A DNA stretch of 64,000 nucleotides from Azolla caroliniana (lineage: Eukaryota > Plantae > Polypodiophyta), in NCBI GenBank assembly GCA_043228905.1, contig JBHGNT010000012.1, positions 14,012,001 to 14,076,000 of the forward strand, given 5' to 3'. Positions 14,788 through 28,690 of this stretch are shown here, piece by piece. The notes beneath the pieces are model-generated. The model was not told the DNA's origin, made no database searches, and saw only the letters and a program-made list of their open reading frames with translations. The translations under genes and the position numbers were made by a program. Position 1 is the stretch's first letter. Each line of letters begins with the position of its first letter.

Positions 14788-17520
14788 TGTCGTGAAGATC
14801 CGGTACTACGTGCGGATCGTGAGGCGGAACCACCGGGGTCCTGGACCGAAAGGATTTAAAGTTTGCACTAACTTTAGTGAGAAAGTATTTAAGATAGATT
14901 GAGAGAGATTAATATGACGAAAGAGAGATATTGAGATAAAGATTGAACTTTTAACTTTTAGATTTAAGAGAGAAGATACATCAACAATAGGATTACAAGT
15001 TTCTTATTTTTCTCAAATTTTTCATTAGTTTTATTTGCTTAATTCCTCCACTCTTTTATAGATGCCCCCATGCATGCGGTGCATGTGATGGTGCAAGACA
15101 TGCACCTAATACATGAAATGCATACAATGCATGCTTGCCAATTCATCATCTAAGCTCTCATGTATGAGAATTTACATGTAAAAGTATAATAATAAATATA
15201 ACTTCTAAGGAAGTGACTTGGCTTAGTGTTAAGTATATTGCTTCTTGTCTTGGAGGTGCAAGGTTCAAGCCTTGCTCACATCCATTTTAAAACACAAAAT
15301 ACTACTAGGCTTTTGGTCTTGTATTTACACCGAACATAACTTGTCACTTAGTTGTTCGTTTCTTATGTGGTAAAGTGTATTCGAAAGCTCTTGAAGACCT
15401 CTATCTTTTTGTACCAAGATATTAAACTAGTATAAAACAATATCTTCACTATTATTGTTTTATGTTGTGTGTGAAGAACCACACCCGCTTTTGTATGTTC
15501 CTCACAATTTTCACACCATTGCCGAAAATCTTCACGACATCCACCCCCACCAAACCGCACGTCCTCTGGTACGTGCCAAGAAGAAAGAGTGTGAGATTTT
15601 GGCTATGGTGATTAGTATGATTCCTCCATTTTGAGCATGTCCATTTCTTTCAATCGAACCATTGTCGCCACCCAATCCATCATATCATTCGCTTTTTCTT
15701 TGCTTTACCATGACTAGTTGTCACGACCCCTTGTTCTCTTTCCGAACATAATTGTTTAGGCTTTATGCATGTTCCATCTTTGTCCCGATTGTCTCCTTGC
15801 TCAAGGCACTTTGACCCGTCACACATTTTTATTTTATGTCTTTCTCCCCAAACCTTTATCTGAATAATGACATTGACTACCCCATGTAGTACCTTGATGT
15901 GCATGCCCACTTTGAGATCCTTACGCGACCATGCTCTATATTTCTCACTTTGTCCAATTTCATGATACAATCTCATGTTAGAGTTGAAAATCTTCACACT
16001 AGATTTTTTGCTAGATGTTTTGATCACATTCTTCGGATCTTGATGGCTCGCTTGGCCATTGTCATCCCTTGTCATACTTTGCTTTGACTTTTTGTTGTAC
16101 GCATCAGCTTTTGTCTCTATGCTTTGCTTGACCTCTTCCTCCCACACATCAGCTTCAACCCTTGCTTCTTCGTCGTTATTGTCCTTCTCTTGGGTCTTAC
16201 ATCGGTTAATGCACAAGTCTCCAAAACGAGTGTGGAGAGATTCATATGTATTTGTCGGCCACTCCCCAACATCGTTATTTGCAGCAGCTTGGACCTTCGC
16301 TTCCCTGCCATCATCTTCTGTCTCTTGGGTCTCACGTTGGCTTTCAACCACAATTGCCCAAGTCTCTAGAAAATGCGCGAAGGAATTCTTTTGTCTTTGG
16401 TCAATTGCCTTCAACACCTTTGTCTTGATGTCATCTTTCACATCAAATTTGAACTCCCCCTTGTTGCCACCTTCCGTCTCTTGGGTCTTTTTGTTGGTTC
16501 TCAGACGCAACTGCCCAAGTCTCTGGAACTAGTGTGGGGAAAGTCTTGTCACTACCATCATTTACCATCGACTCGTCCATATCTATCTTCGCCTCGATGT
16601 TGTGCACACCGTCTTGGTCCTTCCCCTTACTACCATCTTCCATCTCTTGGGTCTCACGTTGGCTCTCTACAATTGCCCAAGTCTTCGGAACTTGTGTGAA
16701 GGAATCCTCGACGTAGCCATCTGCCATTAATTCTTCCATAGCCACCTCTGACTCGATGTCATTTTTCGTGGCTATCTCTTCAATCTCATGGGCCTCGTAC
16801 CCATTGACCCTCTTGATCGAGTGAGCTTCGATTATGCTGCTCTCTTTGTCGCATGTATTCGTTTCGACCTTCGGCTCCTCGCCGACACCTTCCGTCTCTT
16901 GGGTCTCATGTTGGTTCTTGGACGCAACTGCCCAAGTCTTTGGAACAAGTGCGGAGAAAATCCGGCCATGGTCGTTGTCGACGCTTGTTGTCTTATTCAT
17001 AGTCATCTCCTTGATGTCGTCTTTAGCGGCTAGATCCTCAATTGCGCTAGCCTCGCACTCTTTATCTCCATTAATGCAAGCTTCGATTAGGCTTGCTCCT
17101 TCATCATCCATTGTTTTGAACGCGACGCACGTCCCAAAACATTTGTCCTCCTTTGAAGTGACCTTCACCGTCCTCGAGCCATCATCAATCTTCTTTTCGT
17201 GTAGGATGTGTTTTTTAGGCGTCTCTACTTCTTTAGATGGTCTTGATTTTTCTACGCTTGACCTTACCAAGTCATTATCATCAAGCCATTGATGACGCTT
17301 ATCGAGCTTGTTGCATGCTCGCTTCACCGCAATCCAATCTGCCACAAGTTCGTTCGCTTGGGTATCATCTTTGAGGAGAGTCCCCAATTCTCGTCTATCC
17401 TTTACATCCACAACTTTCAAGAAGTACAAAGTTTTGTCCTCCTCAAGCAACACTTGGTCCGTGGCGAGGAGACGACGAAACATTTGGTCAAACTTGTCGT
17501 ACACCCTCGAAGTGCTCATC
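14788..17520 (-). mobile_element. Truncated non-autonomous Ty3/gypsy derivative: 3' LTR 14788-15539 plus gag fragment and repeated modules
   Basis: LTR ends TGTCGTGAAGA/TCTTCACGACA; the adjacent polypurine tract matches that at 28735-28762; ORF 16443..17519 starts with gag sequence nearly identical to ORF 23310; no pol. Confidence 0.8.
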
Positions 17521-17655
17521 CTCTAGGTGGAAGGAGCAAACGAGGTACCACTAGGGCCGACACACAAAGATTTCCCAACTTGGGAGCAAGCAACAAGCTG
17601 AGTCTTGTACCGCTTTGCCTCGTGTGTCCACGATTAGATGATCGGATACATAAGG

Positions 17656-18180
17656 TGTTAGAGCTAGCCACTAATGTAAGCATATGATAAGGATAACAAA
17701 GATAGATTAATAAGAAAGGAGAGAGAGAAAGAAGGGTGTTGATCCACCCGACTACCCACGAGCGAAGGGATCGAGACAGACTCGAGCCTCGATCGGCGTC
17801 CCCTTCTTTACACTCTCATTTAACCCTCACACTTTATCCACGTGTATAGAATACTAAGGTACATTTTCACCACGGGATATTATATGGTCCTGCCCGTAAC
17901 ATACTCCCCCATCTTTAAAACATTGCACTCTTGCAATGGAAAGTTAGCTGTGAGTGTATTTTCACATTCCCATGTGGCATCTTTGATAGATTTATCCATC
18001 CATTTAATTTTAAATTCTCGGATTATTTTAGAATGCAAATTTTTGTTTGAACATTGAGAATTAGATAATTCTTTAGAAGTAACCAGAGTTTCAGTTGTAA
18101 CTGTATTGTCGCCAGAACCAAGAAATTCTTTTAGACGACTTACATGAAAAACTGGATGGATTTCAATGCCATCAAGAAGA
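17656..18180 (-). mobile_element. 3' remnant of another gypsy element (integrase C-terminus, PPT, short LTR)
   Basis: Minus strand encodes IHPVFHVSRLKEF; GATGGGGGAG PPT followed by TA then TGTTAC at about 17900. Confidence 0.55.
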
Positions 18181-19240
18181 GTGAGGTATGTATGCTAGCT
18201 AGGAATAGAGAATACATGCAAGCTAAGAACTTCCAATGTTCAACCAGTTGTCTCCCTTTTCGGAAGCTACCATGATATAGCAAGACTCGAACCCATGACC
18301 TTAGGTTACATAGGTCGAGCTCTTGACCAATATACCATCTATTGTAATATGTAGGATATTATTTTCATTTAAGTTTTACTATAGGAAATTGATGTATATT
18401 CCAGATTTCTCTGGAACATTCTAGAAACTTCAAGGGTACTCTTGAGAATAATATAAAAGTTTTATTATTTCGAACCAAATCGGTTCAACGCAAGTCTTAA
18501 GCCTCCTAGCTACTATTGTATACTCTCTTCACATAATATATATCTTTTATCATCATTCTCTCACCCTTTCTCTCTCTCTCTCTCTCCATGGTTGTTTACG
18601 TACCCGTATTTAACATTTAAATACGTATAGTACCTCATGATTTGTATAGTACGTACTATACCTCAATGTTGTTCAGTCAAATATCATGTACATTTGTCCA
18701 ATATGGTATTTAACATACATTTGAAAAAAATAGGTATAATACGTTGTCGTGAAGAAAACCGGCCATAGGCGGAATCGGAGAGAAAGCGCTGTCGTGAAGA
18801 TTTTCGGCAATAGTGTGAAAATCCCATAAAACGTACGAAATTGAGTATGAATCACATAATACAATAATTGTGAAGATAACATTTTAAATAAATTTAATAT
18901 CTAAGTACAAAATGATGGAGGTTTCGAATGCACTTTATTACACGAGAAACGGACAACTAAATGTCAAGATATGAGGGTATAAAGTTTGTGAAAGGAAAAG
19001 AGAAAATTGTGAGATATCCCACATAGGCACGACAAATACGGTTCTCATCATATATAAGGTAGAGCAAAAGATATTATCTTTGTGTCTATGTGTGGAGCAT
19101 AGAGAGGGCTAGCTACTCGTAAAGGGTTTTGGCCAACCAAAACCGGACCGGCGATGGAGCCGATGATCCGACGGCAAACCGGTATCCGGCGCCGGCACCG
19201 GTATCCGCCGGTGAGACGACGGCATCCGGCGAGGCACCGG

Positions 19241-22200
19241 TGTCGTAGTGTATTTCGTACACTACGTGAAAAAGTAAAAATAATATAACCGATTTAATTA
19301 CATATAAATAAATAAAATAAGAATATCAAGATATTTATCACGTGCATAGGGCAAGATTCAAACCTTGTACCTCCACGTAGCCAAACCTCAACTTTACCAT
19401 TATGCTACCTTATCTTTAGTGTTCTACAAATACATTTAATAACTATAAGTCCTTTATTTACGCCTACCTTTATTAAAAGCTAAATCATGCATTTTTAGAG
19501 TGCGTGAATAGAAAAACGCAAGCAACTAAAAAGTGACTCATGCACATCTAGCGTGCATGAGCACTATATTTAGCAAATAAAAGCAAGGATTAGAAAAGCA
19601 TCACATGCATATTTAGTGTGCATGAACATATTAGAAAAAAAAGCATGTAGCTATGCTTAGTCTCTCCCATCACTACATAAGGATGGGGAGCACAATGTAA
19701 TAGGTGTGTGAAATATTTGGAAATTGGATATATTTCCGAAAACACCAACCGATTAATATAATCGTGGGATTCACGAAAATAATATAATCTATACTTGTGG
19801 GATTCACAAGTTTCTTATATCTTTCTTTCAATCTAAATACATATTCTTATCTAAATATTGATTAATCGAATAAAATACACTCGTGGGATTCACGAAATTT
19901 CTATCTCTCTTTCTAATAATCTATCCATTACTAGCCTCATCTCATATTCTTCTTTCTCCTAGTCCAAAACCCCGGCGGTTCCCACCCGACTCACGCAACG
20001 ATCCGGAGCCGAAAGGCACGACACAAGTTGGTGAACCCGACGTGAAGGCGGGTGGTAAGGAGATGGAGAATCAACAAGAAGCGATGAATATGATGATGAT
20101 GATGATTAAGCGGATGCAAGAAGAGCAACACACAATGTCAGAGATGAAATCGGCAGTAGTGCGGCTTGTGCAAAGAAACAGGGAATTCGACGGAAAGGAT
20201 GTGTCACGCTATCTCCATGACTACAAGACGGAGATGATGCGATGTGGGATACCGGAAGGATTGCAAGTGATATCCTTCAGTCGGGTAGCCACGAATAAGT
20301 TACAAGAAAGAATCTTCAAGATACGGCAACAAAATCCAACATGGGAGTCCTTTGAAGAAGCTATACGAGACGCATATGACTATCTAAGACCGAAGCAGAC
20401 GAGGACATGGTCCACGAATGGCGGTCAACAGTGGGTGAAAAGCGGCCACCGACTTCCACCGAAGGAGAGCTTCATGCGGAAGGGTTCGGAGATGCATGAA
20501 AAGTCGCAAGTCGACATTGAAGGGGAGCTTAAAACCGAACCAAAGTCGAGGCCAACAAAGGACGACGAGGAGGAAGATCGAGGACGAAAGGGTATCCCCA
20601 CACCGGTTCCAGAAACTTTGGCGGTTGTGCCCGTGCACCAACGTGAGACCGGAGAGACGGAATGTGTCGGCGGAAAAGTGGAGGACCGGAAGGGCGACGA
20701 GGAAGACAAAGTAAATGAGCACGAACGAAGGGATTCCTTCACCATTGTTTCGGAGACTTCGGTAGTCGAGCCCGTGTGTCGACATAACACCGAAGATAAG
20801 GAAAGTGGCGGCAACGAAACGAAGGTCGAAGCCGATGCATGCGAAGGAGAGATAGCCAAGGAGGTGGCTATGGGTAAAACAACGGAGGACGATAATACCG
20901 TGGATTCCTGTCCACTAATTCTAGAGACTTCGGCGGTTGTATTCGAGAACCAACGTGAGACCGGAGAGACAGGAGGTGGCGGCAAGAAAGGTAAAGTCGG
21001 AAGCCGGTTCGGATGGAAGGTGATCCGGACGGGATTCCGATCCGAAAGAAAGCCGAACCGAAAGGAAGAGAACTCGGCCGAAAGAAGACACAAACGAAAG
21101 CCGAACCGAGCGAATGAGGATTCGACCAAAAGTCGACCCGAAAGAAAGCCGACCCGAAAAGGGGTCGACTTGGTCAAAACCGATCGACTGAGTCTGACTT
21201 GGCCGAACGCGAATATGGATGGAAGCCGACCTAGCCGAAAGCCGATCGGACGAGACTGATCCGGAAAGAAGCTAATCCGACTCAACCGGAGGTTGGACCG
21301 GTCGAGGCTGGTGAAAACGAGGAAAAGAAAGCCAACCGAAACCGAAAGCGATAGATCGAAACCGGGCCGGAAGGAGACCGACTCAATCGAAACTGAACAA
21401 CCGATTCCGATTCGGCCGAATACGAATCCGATCGGAGCCGATCAAACCGAAAGTTGATCGGACGAGAGCGATCCGGAAAAAAGTGAAGGTTGATGAAGAC
21501 AAGAAAGAGGCCAGTAAAAGACACTACCACGAATGACAAGGGCCAAGAATATGACGAGAGAGAACAAAGAATATGGTGGATCGGATGGCGACAATGGTTC
21601 GGGTGGAAAGAATGGGTCTACTCAAAATGGAGAGACAAAGTTGACATAGCGGGACAAACGGAGGATGAAGGGGAGACAACGAGCATCGGCAACTTCGGCA
21701 CATACCGGAGGATGTGCGGGTTCGGAGGGGGCGAGTGTCGTAGTGTATTTCGTACACTACGTGAAAAAGTAAAAATAATATAACCGATTTAATTACATAT
21801 AAATAAATAAAATAAGAATATCAAGATATTTATCACGTGCATAGGGCAAGATTCAAACCTTGTACCTCCACGTAACCAAACCTCAACTTTACCATTATGC
21901 TACCTTATCTTTAGTGTTCTACAAATAGATTTAATAACTATAAGTCCTTTATTTGCGCCTACCTTTATTAAAAGGTAAATCATGCATTTTTAGAGTGCGT
22001 GAATAGAAAAACGCAAGCAACTAAAAAGTGACTCATGCACATCTAGCGTGCATGAGCACTATATTTAGCAAATAAAAGCAAGGATTAGAAAAGCATCACA
22101 TGCATATTTAGTGTGCATGAACATATTAGAAAAAAAAGCATGTAGCTATGCTTAGTCTCTCCCATCACTACATAAGGATGGGGAGCACAATGTAATAGGT

Positions 22201-22518
22201 GTGTGAAATATTTGGAAATTGGATATATTTCCGAAAACACCAACCGATTAATATAATCGTGGGATTCACGAAAATAATATAATCTATACTTGTGGGATTC
22301 ACAAGTTTCTTATATCTTTCTTTCAATCTAAATACATATTCTTATCTAAATATTGATTAATCGAATAAAATACACTCGTGGGATTCACGAAATTTCTATC
22401 TCTCTTTCTAATAATCTATCCATTACTAGCCTCATCTCATATTCTTCTTTCTCCTAGTCCAAAACCCCGGCGGTTCCCACCCGACTCACGCAACGATCCG
22501 GAGCCGAAAGGCACGACA
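19241..22518 (+). mobile_element. Young non-autonomous LTR element nested in the 5' LTR; LTRs 19241-20023 and 21736-22518
   Basis: Two 783-bp TG..CA LTRs with about 4 substitutions seen by eye; PBS; PPT GGAGGGGGCGAG; gag N-terminal fragment (FDGKDVSRYL) only; TSD CCGG/CTGG. Confidence 0.92.
20029..20046 (+). other. Primer-binding site complementary to the tRNA-Trp 3' end
   Basis: TGGTGAACCCGACGTGAA is the reverse complement of ...TTCACGTCGGGTTCACCA (plant tRNA-Trp 3' end as recalled); variant at 23133-23150. Confidence 0.8.
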
Positions 22519-23309
22519 CTGGTAACCGACGGCATCCGGCGAACCGGCGACTAGATAAATAAATATATAAATATATATACATATACAAGGAGGGCAAGTA
22601 AGGATTCGAACCTTGCACCTCCAAGTTAGGAGTCAATTGGCTTACCATTAAGCCATGCTATTTAGTTGAAATTATATTTCTATCATTGTAGTTTTACATG
22701 TAAATTCTCATACATGAGAGCTAAAATGAGTGACATGGTTATCATGCACCACATGTAATACATAAGCGCCAAATGGCAAACATGCAATTTATGCATGTCT
22801 TGTACCCTCACATGCATCATATGCATGAGAGCATCTATAAAAGAAGGAAGGGGGAGGAGAAAAAGGATGGGTTTTTTTTTATGAAAATTAAGAGGAAGAA
22901 ATTTGTTATCAAATTGATCGTGTAACTTGTTTCTTAAATCTAAAGTTAAAAGTTCAATCAATCTCTCTCAATTGTGTAATCTCAACTTCTCTCTTTCCCA
23001 ATCTATCTTAAGTACTTTCTCACTAAAGCTTGAGCCAAAGCTTGTACCGACTTTGAATCCTTCTGGTCCAGAACCCTGGCGGTTCCGCCTCACGATCCAC
23101 GCGTAGTGACGGATCTTCACAACATAATAAAGTGGTGAACCCGACATGAACGAGGCGGTAGGAAGGATCAAGTCGAGATTAATACTTGGAGATGGCGTCC
23201 TCAAGCAACCAAGAGAGTTGTCGCCAACAACATCCAAAGACGCGTCATCGAGCTTCAAGAAGGTAAGACAACATGGTCCGAGTTTGAGAAAACGATACTA
23301 GCAGAGTTC

Positions 23310-25184
23310 GTGACTGAAGACTCAACGAGGATGACTCGACATGCCCTGATGAAGTGGATAGAGAAGAAGAATAAGAAGATGAGCGTCTCGAGGGTGTACG
23401 ACGAATTCGACAAGATGTTTAGTCGTCTCCCCAATACGGACCAAGGGTTGCTTGAAGAGGACAAGACTTTGTACTTCTTGAAGGCCGTGGACATAAAGGA
23501 TAGACGGGAGTTGGGGACTCTTCTCGAAGATGATACCCAAGCAAATGGGCTCGTAGCGGACTGGATCGCGGTGAAGCGGGCATGCAATAGGCTCGACAAG
23601 CGTCGCCAATGGGTTGATGACACCGACTTGACGGGATCGACTACCACGGAGAAAGCAAGACCGCCGAAAGTAGCTGAGCCGCCAAGACAAAGTAACGTGG
23701 AAGAAAAGAAGATTGATGACGACATCATTAAAGAGCTAGCGAAGAAGTTCGAGAAGGTCATGCTAGCCAACATGAATCGTCGGGGCCCTAAAGGAAAAGA
23801 ACCCTTTAGATGCGTGTGGTGCGATAGCATGGACCACATGAGAAGGGATTGTGCGAGCCTTCGAGAGGCGATTCGACAAAATATCGTATACATAGAGGAC
23901 AACATGATCTGCTCAAGCGAGACTAGAAGACCCCTACGAGTGAATTTCGGAAGAGGAGGAATGAAGAAATCTATGGAGGATGCTGATGCGACTCATGTGG
24001 ATGCGATGCACTATGCTGCGTCGGCCGGAATAAGAGTCGGGAAAGACAAGACTGAAGCTGCTAGAGCGGGAGCAAAGTTTTGGACTTCCGTTCTCGAATA
24101 TGAGAAGAAGGGAAAAGTCACGTTGAACGAGGTAGAGCTTGCGGACCGAAGCGTGCAAAGCATAACCGGGTGGTCGGATCCGGTGGACGACAACACCATA
24201 CTCGCAGAGGTGATGTGCGACAACCACGAGGTGTTCGTCGAAGAAAAGAGAAAGAGAATAGAAGAGCAAGGCCCATCAAAAAGGCATGAAACAAGGAACG
24301 CGAAAAAGAAGGACGATGCGGAGATGAGTCGACCTTTACAAACGGAGGAACGAGAATCAAGCCGAAAAGGGGAGCCGAGCATATGAGTTGAAGAAACGGT
24401 TCGGCCCGTAAAGGTTGGTGTCGAAGACCCCGCTCGGAGGACAAGGACTATACCTACCTATAAGCTAAGGTCAGACATAGAGCAGACGACGGACCTAAAG
24501 AAGATTCTCGAAGAACGAGTTCTTGATAGCCACGTAACTTTGTCCTTGAGGGAATTGCTTGGCATTACGAAGAAGGAGTTCCATGACACGATCGTGGACC
24601 TTGTAAAGAGAAAGAGACAACAATAGGACGAGGAAGAAGAGAAGCCGCAAAAAGCAAAAACGAATGCCATAACGATGGCAAGAGGCGAAATTGATGAAGA
24701 TATGGTGGACAGCCACTACACTCGACCTCATTGGGCACGAGCGACGACGGAGACGCCGATGAAGATCGGGGAGAAGAAAGAGACCGTGGTAGCCTTGATC
24801 GACCACGGCTCGGAGATTAACCTCATGTCAACCGACTTCCACAAAAAAGGAAGGTGGCCAATCAATACAAACCACGGATGGAAGATTCGCGCGGCAACAA
24901 AGTCTACGGAGGACTTGTACGGAGCTTGTCCCAATATCAAAGTCACGATCGGGGATGTGGAGATGGATCAACACTTCTTCGTACAAGAATCGGCGTCGCA
25001 TCCTGTCATCCTAGGGCAACCTTATATCACATCATCTCGGATGGAGACCAGAGTGTTCGATAATGGAGCAGCCTTCGCACGAATAAAGAGTCTTGACAAC
25101 CAAAGATCGGTCCAATTCCTAACGGTGCGAGCCAATCATGAAAGGAATCGAGATAGTCTCGGAGGCGAATCCTCGGATTTTTAG
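23310..25184 (+). pseudogene. gag: gag-protease ORF (zinc knuckle, aspartic protease), two in-frame stops
   Basis: CVWCDSMDHMRRDC CCHC knuckle; LIDHGSEIN protease motif; ORFs 23310 and 24675 share a frame, separated by a TGA and a TAG. Confidence 0.85.
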
Positions 25185-28100
25185 AGCGGACTATTGAAGC
25201 ATGGGGCACAAATAGTCCGAGCAATCACAAGACCCCACAAGAAAGAAGAGTGCGTGGATTGCAAGGAAAAGCAACATGTGTCACACCTAGTGGCACATGT
25301 AAACTAGTACTACCCGACAAGAAGCACAAGCGCCGGATACAAGAATTCGAGAAGATGCTGAAAGAAGAGAACATAATAGAAGAAGGAGAGTTCGTGACTC
25401 AAATTATGGAAGAAGCCTCATTTAAGGACACCATCGACGAAGTTGTGAAGCCCATCGGCAAAGTCGAGGACGTCGTGGACTTGAGCTATCTTCACAACCA
25501 ATGCGTGATTTCGGTTAACTCCGTCAACATGTACGCTATCATCGATGAATACCGTCGTGGCATCTCGATGAAGGAAGTTGACATCAACACGAAATATAAA
25601 ACGGTGGATAAGAAGATCAAGCCAGTTGCGGTTCCGCTACCGGAAGATAGCTGGCAAAAGATGAAGGAAGTCACTAACGATCCAAGCTTAAGAGATCCAA
25701 AGAAGATAGGTCATGTCTTCACCAAAGAGATGAAGGGGAAGCTACGAGTTGGAAAGGAGGATTTCCTTCTCCCTGAAGAGGAGCGAATGTTTCACGATAT
25801 GCTTGAGAGACATGGGAAGGCTTTCGCATTCTTCCCACGAGAAATCGGATGCGCCGACCCAAAGGTTATAGAGCCGATGGTGATTTTCATGGTGCCTCAT
25901 GTGCCTTGGAATTTGAAACCGATACCGGTTCCGAGAGCACACCTTCTGAAGTTGATCGATCTCTTAAAGGAGAAGGTGAGTATGGGAATTCTAGAACCGT
26001 TGAATGCTCCTTATTCCAATAGGTGGTTCACGGTGCCGAAGAAGAATGGATCATTGCGATTCATCCAAGATCTTCAACCTGTCAACAAGGTGACAATTCG
26101 AAATGCCGGAATCGGTCCAAGCGTGGACGAATTTGCCAAAGCGTTTGCGGGCCGGTCCATCTACTCCATTGGCGATCTCTACTCCGGATATGACCAATTC
26201 CAATTGGCGATCGACAGTTGGGACATTACAACCATGAGGACTCCGATCGGGCTTGTGCGGATGTGTACCTTACCCCAAGGTGCAACGAACTCGGTGGCTC
26301 ATATGGTGAATGCCATGAATAAAGTCTTGAAGGATTGCATTCCGGACATCACGATGCCATTCTTGGATGATATTCCGATAAAAGGATGTTCGGATGAGGA
26401 GAAAGATGAATCGAAAGATAAGGAAGGTTGTAGAAAGTTCGTTGCGGATCATATGAAAGATTGCGAGAAGGTGCTTCAAAGGCTCGAAGATGCGAATTTG
26501 ACATTTTCGGGAGAAAAATCCGCATTCGGGCAACCAGAGATCTTGGTGGTAGGTCACTTGTGTGGAGCATACAGCCGGAAGCCCTCGCCATCCAAAGTGA
26601 ACGCAATCCAAGACATGAAAGAAGAATGCGAAAACCAAACGGAGGTTCGAAGGTTCCTTGGAGCGTGCGCGTTTTATCATATATGGATTCCTCACTACGC
26701 TCATGTCGCCGAACCGTTATATGGACTACTAAAGAAAAGAATAAAGTTCGAATGGCGAGACGAGCACACAAAGGCGATGCGAAGATTAAAGAAACTGCTT
26801 CTTGAAGCTCCGACACTAAGGAAGGCCGACTATGCCGAAGGGAAACCAATTTACGTGACCGTAGATACGAGCCCAACCGGAATCGGGTGGGTCATCAATC
26901 AAGAAGGTGAAGATAATGCGCGATATGCCGTCCGGTTCGGAGCAAAGGTTCTCAGCGAACGACAACAAAGATATGCCCAAGTCAAGCGGGAACTTTGGGG
27001 TATTGTGTCGGCAGTGAAGACGGACAAAGATTACCTGATCGGGTCAGAAGTGATAATAGAGACAGATTGTCTCCCAATTCTCGGAATGTTCTCGGGATGT
27101 GCTACCCCAGATCTTGCTATGCTAAGGTGGATCGCCTACATCAAGTCTTTAAACCCAGAGATCCGTCACATTGCAGGGAAGAAGAACGCCATGGCTGACA
27201 TGCTGTCGAGGGCAAGATTTTCAAACGGAAGTAACATGGTTTCGGAAGATGAAGATGTCACCCTCGACTTCTTCAAGATGGCTCGATTGTCGGCGGAAGA
27301 CCAGGACACACAAACCCTCCACGCCTTCAACGAGAACGAGTACGAAGGAGAGTGGTTACTCATCGGTAGATTCCTAAGAACATTGACGACAGATGCTTCG
27401 TTGACAAAGGAGGAGGCCCTACGAATCCGAAAGAAAGCTTACCGATACTTCTTGAAGGGAGGATTCCTTTGGTGACATCCAAAAAGAAGGACAGGAATAC
27501 CATGTCGAGTGGTGGTAAAGAAAGAAGAGCAAGAGACGCTGATGACCGAATTCCACGAGAGTGCTTGGGCAGGTCATAGAGGATCATGGGCGACATTCGA
27601 AAAGTTGAAGGAGAAGTACTGTTGGCCAAGCATGTACAAAGATGTACTCCATTTTGTGTCCACATGCGAAACTTGCCAAGTATATTCAAATATACGTCAT
27701 CGTAATGAGTTAAAGCCGATATACCCACTCACCATACACTTCAAATGGATGGTGGATCTGGTCTCGATGCCAATGGGAGTGGGACAAATGAAGTACTTAG
27801 CGCTGGCAAGGGAAGACTTGACAAATCAAGTGGAAGGACGAGCCTTGACAAATAAGACGACTTCAGCCGTTTGCAAATTTCTACTTGAAGATGTTGTTTG
27901 CCGATATGGATGTGTAGGGAAGATAGTGGCCGACCGAGGGGAGTTGGACGCGCACGAAGCGACGGAGCTCTTCGAAAGACTAGGCGTGAAGCTCTCCCTC
28001 ACGACTGCCTACAATCCGGAAGCAAATGGGAAGATCGAGCGAGGGCATGGACCTATCGTTAAAGCCATCGTACGGGCATGCAACGGTCGAGTCGGGAATT

Positions 28101-28690
28101 GGCCACGACTATTACCCTATGCCTTGTGGGCCGATAGAACGACACATAGCTCGGTGACAGGGTATATGCCAACGGAGCTTATGTATGGACAAAAGCCGAT
28201 TATGCCCATCGAAAGGACGATCGCCTCATGGGTAGCGATACCGTGGGAGAACGAGATGAGCCGAGAAGAGTTATTAGCAGCGCGGATAAGGCAACTTGAA
28301 AGAAGACCTGAAGATTTAGAAAAAGCGCGAAAGATGATAAAGGCAACCCGAGTAAAGAACAAGGTTTGGTTCAACAACACGCATCGACTTCGTCCCAAGA
28401 AGATTGAAGAAGGGGATTGGGTTTTGGTTTATGATAGCACCCTTGACAATCAACACAGTACAACAAGGAAATTCACAAGAAGATGGTTCGGGCCGTATGT
28501 GGTGACAAGTGCCAACGATAATGCCACATACCACCTTGCGGAACTAGACGAATCAAGGTTGGCCGTACCCATTGCGGGAAAAAGAGTAAAGATTTTCAAG
28601 AAAAGACAAGACAAGGATCCTAACCTCGATTACCTCGACGATGAACATAATAGGGCGGATGTAAATGAAGACATGGAGGAATCTAATTGA
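25175..28690 (+). pseudogene. pol: pol (RT, RNase H, integrase), one in-frame TGA at 27473-27475
   Basis: DLYSGYDQ, LPQGATNS, FLDD (RT); VDTS...ETDC (RNase H); H-H-C-C zinc finger, DLV, ADRG, NGKIE and FGPY (integrase). Frame is open from the slippery site at 25175. Confidence 0.9.
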
